From Octopus bimaculoides (taxonomy: Eukaryota), in assembly GCF_001194135.2 (NCBI RefSeq), contig NC_068986.1, positions 96,016,965 through 96,080,964 on the forward strand: a stretch of 64,000 nt of DNA, read 5' to 3'. The notes under the pieces were generated by a model. That model made no database searches, was not told where the DNA came from, and saw nothing but the letters and a program-made list of their open reading frames with translations. Positions 50,901 through 63,889 of this stretch are shown here, piece after piece. A program made the translations under genes and the position numbers. Positions within the stretch are counted from its first letter, which is position 1. The number at the start of each line of letters is the position of its first letter.

Positions 50901-52881
50901 ACAGCACAAAAACAATCACTAACCATGTCATATAAAATGAGTGAAATAAAAACAAAATACAAGGGACAAATACTGGGAGTTTCTGTATTTCAAACGGGGA
51001 AGATTATTATAGTTGAGATAGGTAAAAAGAGAAAGTATATTATAATGACGCATGGGGTAGATTAAAACAGCAGGATACGATTAGTCTAGTTAGGTGCAAG
51101 GCATATAAAAAAAAAATACAGGAATTTAAAGGTTGAGCGAGTGTCTATGACTATACACACAGACACGGAAACAAACTATCTGCAATTATGCCTTACATAT
51201 CGGTAAAATAACAGCCATATATAATGAAGTCCCAATCGGGCAGTCGTTATTTTTTTTTTATTTTTAAGTGCTTTAAAATATTAATTTAACATAATTTCAT
51301 TATAGAGAGAGGGGACATATTTAGAAATATATACATAAACAAATGGAACAAAACGAGGAAGAATCGCAATCGATCGGCATGCTAGAAATGACAGTTGAAT
51401 CTCCAATCACACACCACAATCTAGAATGCTTTTCATCATAGGTGTGCCGGACCAGAGCTGACCTATGGCTTAACACCGACAATGGAGCAAAAACATTTAA
51501 AATCAAAATGTCACAGAAGGGGGAATATGGACCGATGAACAAATAATATAGAAAATATAAATTAATTAGCTCGATTGAAAAGGAATTCAAAAGGTACATT
51601 TACATATATTTAAGAGAGAAACAACGATAGGAGAGTGGGAATTATTCATTTTTAAAATATTTATTGAAGTGAAGTGTGTGTATGTGTGTTATATTGGCAT
51701 AAAGGAAGGAGAGAAATCAAAATGGTATATATATATAATAGCAGTAAGAGACAAAAAGAGACATGTAACCAAGCTAAAGCAGAAATACCATCACACATAG
51801 ACACACCAAACGTACATAACATTAGCGGCTGACATTTGCTTTAAAACAACCCCCTCTTTGTTAGAGTAAAAGAGAGAGAGAGACATGTTTCCAATTCAAG
51901 CAAAGCATGGGGACAAGACGCTACCGACATACCAAAGCAAGGAAAACCATTGTAAAAGACTATGGGTTTGTTTTTTTTAAACTACAAAATGAATCGACAG
52001 ATTAGATAAAACGAAAAATCTTTTTATAACAAAATTTCTATATTTTTAAAAATCGATCATCAGCTGCATTAAACATTAAAAAAAGAGGGGGGGGAATGTT
52101 ATTTTCTCGCAGAAAATATTCCGTTTAAAAAGATGGGAACAGAAATCAATAAAGATATATACATCGTAATATCACCACACACACACACACACACGTAAAC
52201 GAAAGATTGAGAGGAAGAAAGAGTTAATCTGAGTGAGAGAGAGAGAGAGTGAAAGACGCTCCCCCTACACCTCTAGAACGAGAGACGCTCTCAGACCCAC
52301 GCGCACCATCTTACAAGAGTAGGCGGTTACAAACGGTTGACAAAAATCATACACATACTAAAACCAGGCATTTACTTTTATATGTATGTATGTATGCATA
52401 CATACATGTATATATATATATATACACCGTAAATACTAGCTACATCCATCTATCGCTATCTACACATTAGCGCCAGCGTTGTAATTAACATGACAGAAGT
52501 GGAAGAAGCTAGTAGTGTGATGGTGGTGGGAAGAGCCTTCCATATACTATAAGACTACGACAAACTAATATTAAAATTAAATCAGCCAAGAACGAGTAAA
52601 GTAGAAAAAAAATCCTATTTAAACACTACATACATTTATATATATAGTACCATGGTCCCTGTGTGAGTCATAGCTATCATATACAACATGGCGGGCCATA
52701 CAACTGATGGAGTTATCTCTGGCTTCAGCTGAGCTTCTACATTACATTTCTCATTACAACACCTATGCAAATAAAATTATATACACACACATATATATAA
52801 ACACACTCACACTAACAAATACAATATATATATATATATATATCTCTCGATATCAATCTATAAATCTCTCTCTCATTATTA

Positions 52882-52918
<37 letters not shown>

Positions 52919-53168
52919 TACGTACGTTATCTTTCAAAATATATTTCTAGGCATCACAGAAACCGTTTTAAAGTCATAACAAACAATGAAATCCAAGCAA
53001 GAATTCTTGTTTCTATATCGACATTTTAGATTTAAAATTATAAACGTATGAACATTTAAAAAAAAAACCGATTCCCATTATTCAATATATAGTAAAACTG
53101 ATCACCGCCTCTTTCTAAATGCTTATACATCTAACCCACCTTAATTGATATACATGAATTAAATTCCC

Positions 53169-53207
<39 letters not shown>

Positions 53208-53720
53208 TACATACATGGTATCTGTCGATCCCATATCTAAGACACGAATTTCTCATCTTCTTAGAAAAGATAAGATTCCTAAGGAAACAAGAACGATTTT
53301 TTTTTGCCAGTTATTTCAATGAAATATGTCTCGTCTACACAGGAAGCATGGTACTTCAAATTTAATGATTTAAATATATATATATATATTAATCACCAAC
53401 AGAGACACCTATAAAGGAAGAAACGAGGAGGAGGGCGTGATGTTCATTCAGGTCTTTCAGAAATAGTGTCATCTAGTCGTATAGACAGGTCTGTTGGTTA
53501 GTGTAGACACTCACGTATATAGAACTATATGTATATATATGAAATATACATCTAATGTAAATGGAATTCAACACAAACAAGACATATTCAGTGATTTTAA
53601 AAAAAATTAAAGCATCTTTTCTTTCTGTAGAATCTACAAAGGAATTACTTTAATAATAAATAATAACCAACACTTCATTTTCTTAAGTTTAGGGTCAATT
53701 TATTTGAACTACATACATTT

Positions 53721-53760
<40 letters not shown>

Positions 53761-54451
53761 AGACACACACACACGAAGTGATAGATGACTCAGTGATGGA
53801 CAAAGAGGGGGAAGTGATATATATAATTTGTATGTATGTATAGAGTAGAAACCGCTTATTATAATCAAATGAAGTTATCAAAGGGTTACTGTTATAAAAA
53901 AAATTAGCGGGTCTCAAGCACGCTCAAGATGTTATACCCTCTGCATTCGGTTATTGTTATCATTAAGAACTCCGTTACAAAGCGATCACAATAAGCAGCT
54001 TCCACTGAATATATCAAGTAAAAATGAGGCTATTTATATATATATATACACACACACATATATATGAAGATATAAGAGAAAGTAATATAATATATATTCT
54101 AATGTTCTAACGGAATATCAGTGAATATATTATATACACAGAGATGGGTGATTATTGAAATATATAACATGTAATAGATATACAGAAAGAATTATATAAA
54201 GATCATGGCTATATATATTTATATGAAAGACTGAAATAATAGAGAGAATTAGATCGTGAGAAACGGAATACATATAGATTTAGAGAGGGAGTGAGAGATG
54301 GACTGCTCTCGATTTTCCAGTCATCCATTACAAACCGAAATTATGTATTTTCTTTTTGTTGTTTTAAGACAAAAGAAATTTAAATACCGTCATATCTTTC
54401 AGCCTGTTCAGCCAATTTGGCCTTGTAAACCATTTGCTCCCTATCCGACAT
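38941..54451 (-). CDS. YWHAE: 14-3-3 protein epsilon, complete 256 aa multi-exon CDS
   Basis: complement join(54388-54451,44272-44471,42631-42737,41697-42040,38941-38996). GT-AG introns with matching phases. Hallmark motifs [89 protein letters not shown]. The epsilon group is indicated by [16 protein letters not shown] and WTSDMQ. Confidence 0.96.
40141..40540 (+). mobile_element. Family C SINE, near full length
   Basis: gctgtgtggtaagaagcttgcctcccaaccacatggttctaggttcagt...gtgctccagcatggccgcagtc. Confidence 0.75.
41697..42040 (-). CDS. YWHAE: 14-3-3 epsilon exon 4
   Basis: tgttttag|G ... G|gtaatt; [22 protein letters not shown]...LWTSDMQAE. Confidence 0.95.
42290..42500 (-). mobile_element. 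Family B SINE in 14-3-3 intron 3
   Basis: ggtacttatgttatcgaccccgaaaggatgaaaggc...tttgaactcagaatgtaa. Confidence 0.7.
42631..42737 (-). CDS. YWHAE: 14-3-3 epsilon exon 3
   Basis: catttcag|ATT ... AT|gtaagt; [35 protein letters not shown]. Confidence 0.95.
44272..44471 (-). CDS. YWHAE: 14-3-3 epsilon exon 2
   Basis: cttcag|AA ... AAG|gtaagc; [40 protein letters not shown]...REK. Confidence 0.95.
49419..49559. mobile_element. hAT (Charlie-like) MITE
   Basis: TIRs CAGTGGTTCTCAACC / GGTTGGGAACCACTG; degenerate TSD TGCTTGGT / GTCTAGGT. Confidence 0.7.
54388..54451 (-). CDS. YWHAE: 14-3-3 epsilon exon 1
   Basis: [21 protein letters not shown], donor G|gtattt. Confidence 0.93.
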
Positions 54452-55000
54452 TTCTGATGATTGAAAGAAGACGACGATTTAGAGTGATTAAAGAGTGAAT
54501 CACAAACTGCTACAGAAATTTCAACTATTGCTGGGAGGCCAGCCGGACAGAAAAAAATAGTTCCCTCCTGTCTTAACGATAGCGGGCCTACAGTGTATTC
54601 CTACGCAATATATTTCGTTGCTAACTCTCGCGAATTCTCGTTGCAGCGTTAACAATCTAGGTCAGAAGTAAATTTCCTCTCTTTCCTCCGTGTTTCTCTT
54701 TCGCTTTCACTCTTTTTCCTCTTCTCTCACTTCACACGTTAGATTCAGAGATGACTGTATAAGAGGATAACGAGAGGCGAAGGGAGAGAAAGCAGAGACG
54801 ACGTCACTAATAGTAGAACAACCGTAGTAGGAGGGGAGGTAGGAGATGAGTAGCGGCAGCAAGGCAACAAGAGATGAGAAGTAGGAATAAGAGTAAGAAG
54901 GAAGGGGAATTGGTTGGTTAGAATGAGGAGTGGGAGAGAGTTGCAGTAACAGTAGTAGACTGACGCAAGTGTAAAAAAAAAAAAACTTACGCATTATTGA
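54452..55000 (-). promoter_or_regulatory. CpG-retaining 5' UTR/promoter region of 14-3-3 epsilon
   Basis: Visibly more CG dinucleotides than the flanks; directly upstream of the ATG; CRE-like GACGTCA near 54798-54806. TSS not defined. Confidence 0.45.
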
Positions 55001-55173
55001 CAGTGTGTATATATTACACATACACACTATGACTATAGTTTACACAGTTAAAATGTGATATACATACACACTGTCAAACTACTGCTTATACATTCACACA
55101 CAGTTTTTTTACAGTTGTCTTTATTGTGTAATATGTATACACACACATACACAGATGTTTCTAGTATATATAG

Positions 55174-55206
<33 letters not shown>

Positions 55207-55568
55207 CCAAAAACATATGTATATGTGTGTGTTTATCAACGCGTATATGTGTAAATTGTTAAGTGTAGTTAGCTGTAAGGGTGGGGAGAGAAGGAATGAC
55301 AATTGAAGGCGAAGGAGAGGTGAGTAAAAATGTAGGAGTGGTGACGGCGAAAACGGAAACAGGAAAGAGGAACGAAGCTTAGAATAACAGAATGGATAGA
55401 ATAAAGGAGAAGAGAGGCGTGGGGCAGAGGAAGAAGGAAAGACAGGAGAGAATAACAGATATAATAATAATTATAATGCACAAAATGTCTAAGAAAGAGA
55501 TAGCACCAACAAACTAATAGGGAAATAGACATAGAGGGTAGATGACTTATAGATAACGGGAGTGTGTG

Positions 55569-55599
<31 letters not shown>

Positions 55600-56426
55600 G
55601 GTTTGTGTGTTCTTTGTAGCTGGGAATATTTAAGGAGACTTATAGTTTCAGTCAGGAACCTTTAGGTCATTAAGTAACTTGTAATCACGGTTACTAATTA
55701 TTAAACACATATGTATATATACATGCATGTATGTAGACAAATACCGAAGAAGTTCTTATGATTTATTATTACAATTTCGAGATATAACTGATAAATAGAA
55801 CGCTGAACTATTGTAACAAATTCGATACATCACGACTTCGAGCTCGAACCCTATCGTTACCGACTTAGTCTTTAATATTACCAGGCTTCAGCAAGAACTA
55901 GAAACGAGAAAACGCAAACAATTTCATTCAACCGACTCTTTGAGTAGTAACTACCTACAGATTTGACCTTGTTTCTTAGTCAAACATAAATTTAGCTATA
56001 GGTAGGTACATAATGAATACAGACACCTGAAGTCAATATTTTGCTATCATATTATGTACCCACATAAAAGAATGTGATCACTTTTTAAATATGCATAGTT
56101 AAGGTGCGTAAATCGACTTAATTGATCACGGTTTCTTAACTTTCATTGTCAGCATTTAACCTGGAGTCTTAAGACAAAATCATGCAGAAAATCAGATGAT
56201 TCTTCACCAGTTCGCTATGTATAGATTTAGTTGTCTAGCTTTGATTCCCCCACCAACCCCTACACATTCTTGCATGCATGCGTACGTACGTACGTACGTA
56301 CATACATACATATATACATATATACATAAATAAATGCATGTAGAATAAAGAAGTTATGTATGTAATTTAAAACACTCTTATGACACCAGCCACTGAGTTA
56401 TTTTCTCTCAGCTCATTTTTGTTTTA

Positions 56427-56683
56427 CGTCCGTGTCGGTAGCACGTAAAAAGCACCATCCGATCGTGGTCGATGCCAGCTCCTTTGGCCCCTGTGCCGGT
56501 GGAACGAAAAAAGCACTCACTACATTCTCAGAGTGGTTGGCGTTAGAAAGGGCATCCAGCTGTAGAAACACTGCCAGATCAGATTGGGGCCTCGTGCAGC
56601 CTCCTAGCTTCCCAAACCCCAGTCGAACCGTTCAACTCATGCCAGCATGGAAAACGGACGTTAAACGATGATGATGATGATGA
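56427..56683 (+). mobile_element. Family A retroelement tail
   Basis: Tandem units, GAAAGGGCATCCAGCTGTAGAAAC, GGACGTTAAAC(GAT)n. Confidence 0.75.
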
Positions 56684-57699
56684 CATACATATCAAAAATA
56701 CATACATATGCATAATATATGTCTATACATACATACATGCATACATACATATAAAATCATCGTTTAATGTCTACTTTTCCATGCTTGTATGGGTCAGACG
56801 GAATTTATCGAGGCAGCTTTTCTATGGCCAGATGCCCTTCTTGTAATCAATTCTCACTTATTTCCAAGCGAGGTAATATTTCCCTTTACCTAGATGTGTT
56901 TCTTATTTCTTTATTGCCCACAAGGGGCTAAACATAGAGGGGACAAACAAGGACAGACAAAGGGATTAAGTTGATTACATCGACCCCAGTGCGTAACTGG
57001 TACTTAAAGAAAGGCAAAGTTGACCTTAACGGAATTTGAACTCATAACGTAACAGCAGACAAAATACCTCTAAGTCACAGAAGAACCGGTGACAAAACAT
57101 CGTCTGTAAAGGAGATACATCACTAACCCAGCTGGAACAGGTAAGAAAATGATGGTGGTGAGAAGTCAGCATGTACCCTCAAAGTACAAGAGGGTGAATG
57201 TGAGGAGGATGGGGACAGAGGAACGGGTGAGGAAGATAGAGACAGAAGATCAGGCAAGCTTGTGAAAGTGTGAGGTGAGCAACAGATGGTTAGAGACGGG
57301 GAATATAGGGATATAGGTACAGTGAATGGCAAGCAGGGAAGGAGACATGGTCAGTGGTGAGAATCAGTTTGAGGAAGGTGAAGGAAATAGGAGTGGGCCC
57401 AGGAAGAGGAGGTGATACAGACGCACATACACATGCAAATGTTTCAGTAATATAGCAGTTTATTTGCACTTAATGTATTACACATTATTATACATGCTAA
57501 ATTGCTAACTATCTCATTAGGCATTTTCAAACTATGGAAAAGCAAAAATCAATCTGCAATCAACCTAGAAGCTATGGAATTACCAATTATGATAATTAAT
57601 AACTAAGATACAAACCATTTGTTATATATGTATATGAATAGAGGTAGGAAGCAATGAAATCAAAGAGATAAAGGCACATGTTTACTTAGGCACACAGTA

Positions 57700-58230
57700 A
57701 ATAAGAACCAAGATATGGATGCTGAAATCACAAAGAGGATAAGGGCAAGATGGCAGGCATTTAACTTTAATAAAGGATGTGCTCCAAATAAAGCAAGACA
57801 ATGTCATACATGTCAGATTCTTCAATAGCACTATCCTGCCTACACTCTTATATGCAAGTGAGACTTGGGCTACTACAAAGAGGATAGTACATTGACTGGT
57901 TACAAAGCAAAGGGCTATGGAGAAATCCATGCTAGGAATATGACTAAGAGAGCACATTCGAAATGAGATAATTTGAGAATGGAGTGGAGTGAATGATGTG
58001 ATTGCAGAGTATGGCAAGCACAAGTTCCACTGGGTCAGATGTGTTACAAGATTCACAGACAACAGGTGGACCCATGCAATTACTGCATGGTGTCCAAGAG
58101 ATCAGAAAAAGCACTTGGAAGGTTTCCACAACAATAGGAAGATGATTTGGTCAAATAATTTGAGTCAAGTTGGTAAAGAATAACACAACCAAGACAAAAT
58201 TGGAACCACATTGTGACAAGTGGTGTGTAA
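57700..58230 (+). mobile_element. Decayed RTE LINE ORF2 3' part (different subfamily from family A)
   Basis: FNSTILPTLLYASETWATTK...QRAMEKSMLGI*LREHIRNEII*...DNRWTHAITAWCPRD; several stops. Confidence 0.8.
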
Positions 58231-58570
58231 CAGCATCTGATGGCCTGTTCAATACTATGATACATACATACATACACACATACATACATACATATATACA
58301 TACATACATATATTTATATTGAAGATAAAATGAGAAGATGGAATGTACCAACAAAAAAATTTATATTACCTCAACAATTGTTTCATCTTCAAGATGCACC
58401 ACTCCCTTGTGGGCATGGAAAGATACAATAACACCAGATGCAACTCACAGTACATAGAAGACTCCTCAGGTAGGATAATAAGATGTTAAGCTGGGAGATA
58501 TACATTTGAGTTTCGCTGTATTGAGAAATTTTAACAGTTAGACAGATGTGAACATTCATACGTTTAAATA

Positions 58571-58694
58571 CAGGGTGTCCACAAAGTCTGGGTACCTAGA
58601 GTAAATAAAATCATAACATAAACAATTAAATATAAGAAATAATAATTTCTTAAAGTATGTGTTAATCCCCATGTACCCAGACTTTGTGGACACC

Positions 58695-58697
<3 letters not shown>
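58571..58697. mobile_element. 127-bp Tc1/mariner-type MITE
   Basis: Perfect 25-bp TIRs CAGGGTGTCCACAAAGTCTGGGTAC, flanked by TA on both sides. Confidence 0.9.
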
Positions 58698-58730
<33 letters not shown>

Positions 58731-59190
58731 TCTTCATCATGGTTTGCCATCAATGTTCCATGGTGGAATGGGTTGGATGGTTTGACAGGATCTGATATGT
58801 CCAAGGACTGCATCATGCTCCAAAGCTTGTTTGGCATAGTTTCTATGGCTGAATGCCCATACTAATGCCAACCACTTTACACCATGGGCTAGGTGCTCTT
58901 TGTTATGTTACCTGTACCATTGGGGTGGCCATGCAGCTTGCAGAATTACAAGCTCTAAGTGGTGGTGGTGGTGGGGGGGGGGGTCAGCTTCATACTAGTG
59001 GACAAGGGATTGAATTATAGCTGCTCACATCTAATAGGAGAGAGAAAGAGAAAATGAACAGTAGAAGACTCAGGTCCATGTCTCTCAAATTTTACACTTT
59101 TGAAAATTTTATAAAGGTGAAATTGGTTAATAGAATTACTGCTAATGTTAATTAGCCTTAGGGCAGCAAGATGGCAGAATTGTTAGCATG

Positions 59191-59226
<36 letters not shown>

Positions 59227-59569
59227 CATCAGTATCAGTTCCTCCTGTGCTCTCAAGCAAATTAGGAAGCAAGTTGATGGCACCGGTTTCTGCTGGCTGT
59301 GGTTTTTTCTACATCTGTTCATGTGATATTGGTTTCTCTCTTTCGGACTACTGCTCTCTTTCTTTTTTCTTTGGGTGGTGACCATTTGAAAGCTATTTTA
59401 GACCGGCGTTGTTTTGGTAATTGAAGTACAAGACCTCCTAGTTTCAATCTTCATTCTATGATGATTTCGCTAAGTGTCTTGTGTTGGATCTCTTTTTATG
59501 TCGTATTGCCAGTACATTCTTAGAATCCTTCTGAAACATCTAGCTTTCTGTCAATTTTCCATAGTGCTC

Positions 59570-60155
59570 TTCCACACACAATCTGAGGAACATGGAAGCA
59601 TACAATATCATCCATCAAAGCATACCTGTCCTTATGAACGACCTGTGAGTAAAAAAAGCAATAGAAACACATAGAATTATTAAAAGTAAAAGACAACTGT
59701 GATCCCTAAATAGGATACTTACCAGTGCCAAATTACCCATCAAAAATACAACCCCACTAGTCAAAAAATGCAACTGCCCTAATTGCAGGACTTGCACCTA
59801 CCTCTTGGAGGGCTCAACACATAAATTTAAGTCAGGTCAAATTTTCTCCATAAAAAATCACTTCACCTGTGCATTAAAGAACTTAATCTGTCCTCAAGTG
59901 TGGTGGATGTGATGGAGGCTACATAGGTCAAACTAGTTTGACCTTGAGGGATAGACTGGCAGTATGCAGGCAACAAATCTGGGACCCCACGACCAGGAAA
60001 ATTCCCATAAGAAAACACCTAGGTAAATGTCCCATAGACATAAAGCCAAAATACCAAATCTTCCCTCTCTATCAATGCACCAGAAATATTTCAACCCAAT
60101 TCTGATTGAATAAAGAAAGTATGGTCATTAAAAAATATAAACCGCAACTAAATAT
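59570..60155 (+). mobile_element. Penelope-like element remnant (linker plus GIY-YIG endonuclease)
   Basis: IKSKRQL*SLNRILTSAK / KKCNCPNCRTC...NHFTCALKNLI / LKCGGCDGGYIGQTSLTLRDR...RKHLGKC...IFP...KESMVIKKYKPQLN across frameshifts. Confidence 0.8.
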
Positions 60156-61243
60156 CCTTTAATAACACACTAGAAAGAAGAAAATACTCAATTTTTCCAC
60201 AAAAAAAACCCAATCAGATACAACAGACATAATTTGAAAACTTTAGTAACAGGATCTCCACTGGGTTTCGAGATCCCAACTCCAAATCACTATACAATAA
60301 TACTTTCTTAAACACCAGTTGCTAACGTCACTTCTCACTAGACCAATGAAATTTTACCTACAATCAGAACCAGATCTTCAGAAAAATACAAACTGACTCT
60401 TTAGGAGAATCAACCAACTGGAATGGTTGATGACCATTAAGCAAAAACTAATGAAGAAATCCCTACAGAGAAGTCAACAAGCAGAACACCAAACTTGACC
60501 AAAACAAAAACAGGTTCTTTATCAAAATAAAGTGACATCACAAAACTTACTACCAATCAAAACTTGTTCTTATATACAGGGAACCAACCAGCCAATCAAT
60601 CAATCAACCAACCGACCAACCAACCAGAACACTAACGCCAAAATAAAATCTATTTTTTGACCAAAAACATCCACCAGAAAGAATAAGATGCCATCAAAAT
60701 TATAACGAATCAAAAATTAGATCCTTTCATGTAAAAACTTATATATACACAAGATATGCTCTGATTCCCCAAAAAACACTGTTAAAAGTGAAAAGCCTAG
60801 TATGCAACGCAGAAAAGAACTACATGCATGACAACAGAAACTGTAAAAAAAAACCTTTTTTACTCTCTTCCCCTTTTCTTTTCCCTCTCTTATCCACGTA
60901 TACGATAAAAACTTGATATGACCGAACTTTTAGTAATGTGCATGTTACATTCTTCACCGGACATTTACTTTGATATTATCTATCCCTGTGGAACTCATTG
61001 AATTTTATGTGAACATTTGATTGTTTAAACATGTTTGTTTGATTTCTACTTCATAATTTTAAACTCTGTTAAAATCCCCTTGTTTTATATACATTTGTAC
61101 CATTGATAAACAAAAAATTGTTTGGTACGTATGTAAATAAATCTATTCAAATTCAGGTGCATTTTCAAAACCTCCAAAACAAATTCTCATATATATATAT
61201 ATATGCATGGAGGGTGGACGTTAAACGATGATGATAATGATGA

Positions 61244-61288
<45 letters not shown>

Positions 61289-62787
61289 TAGCATTTAAAC
61301 CAGCCATATTCGGCCAAAATATTCTATCTGTTTTATGTTCAAACTGGCCATGTCTGACCTCTCACAGTGATCCTACAATATCATTCTAAAAATAAACAGT
61401 TACCTCTTCAAGATCTCATAGCTACAAGATAATATATGATTAAATCAAAACAATGTGAATAAATAAGCATTACTTTTTGAGCGACAAATCTGAATGCTAT
61501 AAGGATATGAATTGAATGAGCTGAACTGGTTTCAGCCCATCAGCTGTGGCCATGGATATTTTATGATATTTCATATATTATATTCATTGAAAAAATAACT
61601 CTTCAGAATATAATATATTAAACCAGTGTATCTTGGATAAAAATATTCCTATAAGAGGTTTGAATATCCTCATTGTGACTATGCATCTATACATATATAT
61701 ATATAAATAGAGTTGGTGGTTGTAGTAAACCAACTAAGGGATAAAATATCCATATGTACTAACAGTATCCGTTACCTGTGTTAACACCAGGCAATGGTGT
61801 GCAGGGACACCATATATGTCGGGTGCAAGTAACAACAGGATAAACAAAAGTTTATCAGGAACCAATGCAAATAATTAGAAAATGGAGAAAAGCATAGATT
61901 AACCAGCACATCAATAAGACTACATTTTAAAGCATATATAAACACATGACAGGTTTCTTATAGTTTAGTGTCCTAAATCCACTCACAAACCTTTGGCCAG
62001 CCTGGGGCTATTGTCGAAGTCACTTGCCCAAAGTGCCATGCAGTTGGACTGTGCCTGAAACCATGCAGCTAGGAAACAAACTTTTTGCCACTCAGCAGCC
62101 ATGTATGTTTGTTATTTATTTATTATTTCTTTCCTCTCTTATCCTTTATTTACTAATTTCATTCCACTATTTTTGATAATTTTTTTTCTTTCCTCACTCC
62201 ATTATGTTCATTTACTGGTATGATTTCTGCCATCTACTTTTAAATTTGTTTTATGACATTTGAACTTATTTGTCAGGTTCCTATAACAAACAAAAATAAA
62301 ATTCTCTTCATTGTAATTTCAACAACAAATATAAACAGCTACCTAAACACTACCCTCTTCTAATGGATTTTTCCTTCTGGTTTCCTTGTTATAAAATTCA
62401 TTGAACATTCAAACTTCCATCATTTCCTTTTGCTGTGAAACTTACAGAATACTTGAATTTTCAGCATGTAATTTTGCTAGGAAACCTATTGAAGATTTAA
62501 TTGTTGAACATGTTTTCATTTCTGCAGAACCTCCCTTTCCTGAGTGAGCATTCTGTTTTTTTTTTTGTCTTTTTTTACAATTATCATCTTGTTCTTTTTA
62601 ATTTTAATTTTTTATTTACCATTTAAAAAACTAAAAAAATAAAATGTTAAAAGTGATATGGTATTTTCATAAATTTTTAAAAAATTGCTTCTTTTAAGAG
62701 CCAGGTGCATTTTCAACCCCCAAACCAATTCACTTATATATGTGTGCGCGCGTGCATGCATGTGTGTGTGTGTACTTATATATATTC

Positions 62788-63145
62788 TTTTATTTGTTTC
62801 AGTCATTTGACTGCGGCCATGCTGGAGCACCGCCTTTAGTTGAACAAATCAACCCCAGGACTAAGCTTAGTACTTATTCTATCAATATCTTTTGCTGAAC
62901 TGCTAAGTTACAGGGATGTAAACACACCAGCATCGGTTATCAAACAATGGTCGGGGTGACAAACACAGACACACACACACACATACAACGGGCTTCTTTT
63001 CAGTTTCCGTCTACCAAATCCACTCACAAGGCTTTGGTCGGCCCGAGGCTATAGTAGAAGACACTTGCCCAAGGTGCCATGCAGTGGGACTGAACTTGGA
63101 ACCATGTGGTTGGTAAGCAAGCTACTTACCACACAGGCATGCCTG
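62788..63145 (-). mobile_element. Family C SINE, near full length
   Basis: gtttcagtcatttgactgcggccatgctggagcacc...ccaaatccactcacaaggctttggtcggcccgaggctatagtagaagacacttgcccaagg. Confidence 0.8.
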
Positions 63146-63152
63146 TGCCTAC

Positions 63153-63192
<40 letters not shown>

Positions 63193-63344
63193 ATATATAA
63201 CCCATGCTAGCATGGAAAGCAGACATTAAACGATGATGATGATGATGATGATATATACACACACACATATATATGTGTATATGTATGTATATATATATAT
63301 ATTTACAACTTGTTTTGCAAAGACTAATTAATCTTCGTGGGAGG

Positions 63345-63505
63345 ATGTTACTACATTCTGAGCTCAAATTCCACCAAAGGTGACTTTACCTTTCATCCTT
63401 TCGGGGTTGATAAATTAAGTACGAGTGAAACACTGGGGTCGATGTAATCGACTAGTTCCCTACCTCACATTTCCGGCCTTGTACCTGTAGTAGAAAGGAT
63501 TATTA
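63345..63505 (+). mobile_element. Family B SINE
   Basis: gagctcaaattcc...tttacctttcatcctttcggggttgataaattaagtac. Confidence 0.7.
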
Positions 63506-63889
63506 TTTGTATATATTACATAGTCTAAAAATGTATTGAAAAAAATCTATTTTAAACTTCAATCAGCTGAACAACAACAAAAACTGATCCTGGTCAGTAA
63601 AATAAGATTTTCTTCTATAGCAACCTTCTTTTGGCTACAACATGCACTAAAATTTATTCAGAAATCCGTTTAGTGTATGTTGTAGCCCAAAAAAAACAAA
63701 AAAAAAACAACAATAATAATAATAATGATAATAAAGGAAAAACAGAACAGCTCCTTTTTGCACAAAAAATTTTCAATAATGTGTGATTTTCTCTTTTCTT
63801 GTGGGTGTAAAACTCACCTTGTGAAAACATAAACAAATATTTTTACATTATTTACATTTGACGGATATTTGTCCTCATCTTGTTTGTTG

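Noticed and set aside
57123-57420. Ser/Pro-rich minus-strand ORF
   Set aside because: Low-complexity purine/pyrimidine-biased sequence between repeats, with no splice context.
61518-61552. Hammerhead-like CTGATGG...GAAACCAGTT on the minus strand
   Set aside because: A9 is mutated, there is no stem II and no stem I pairing.
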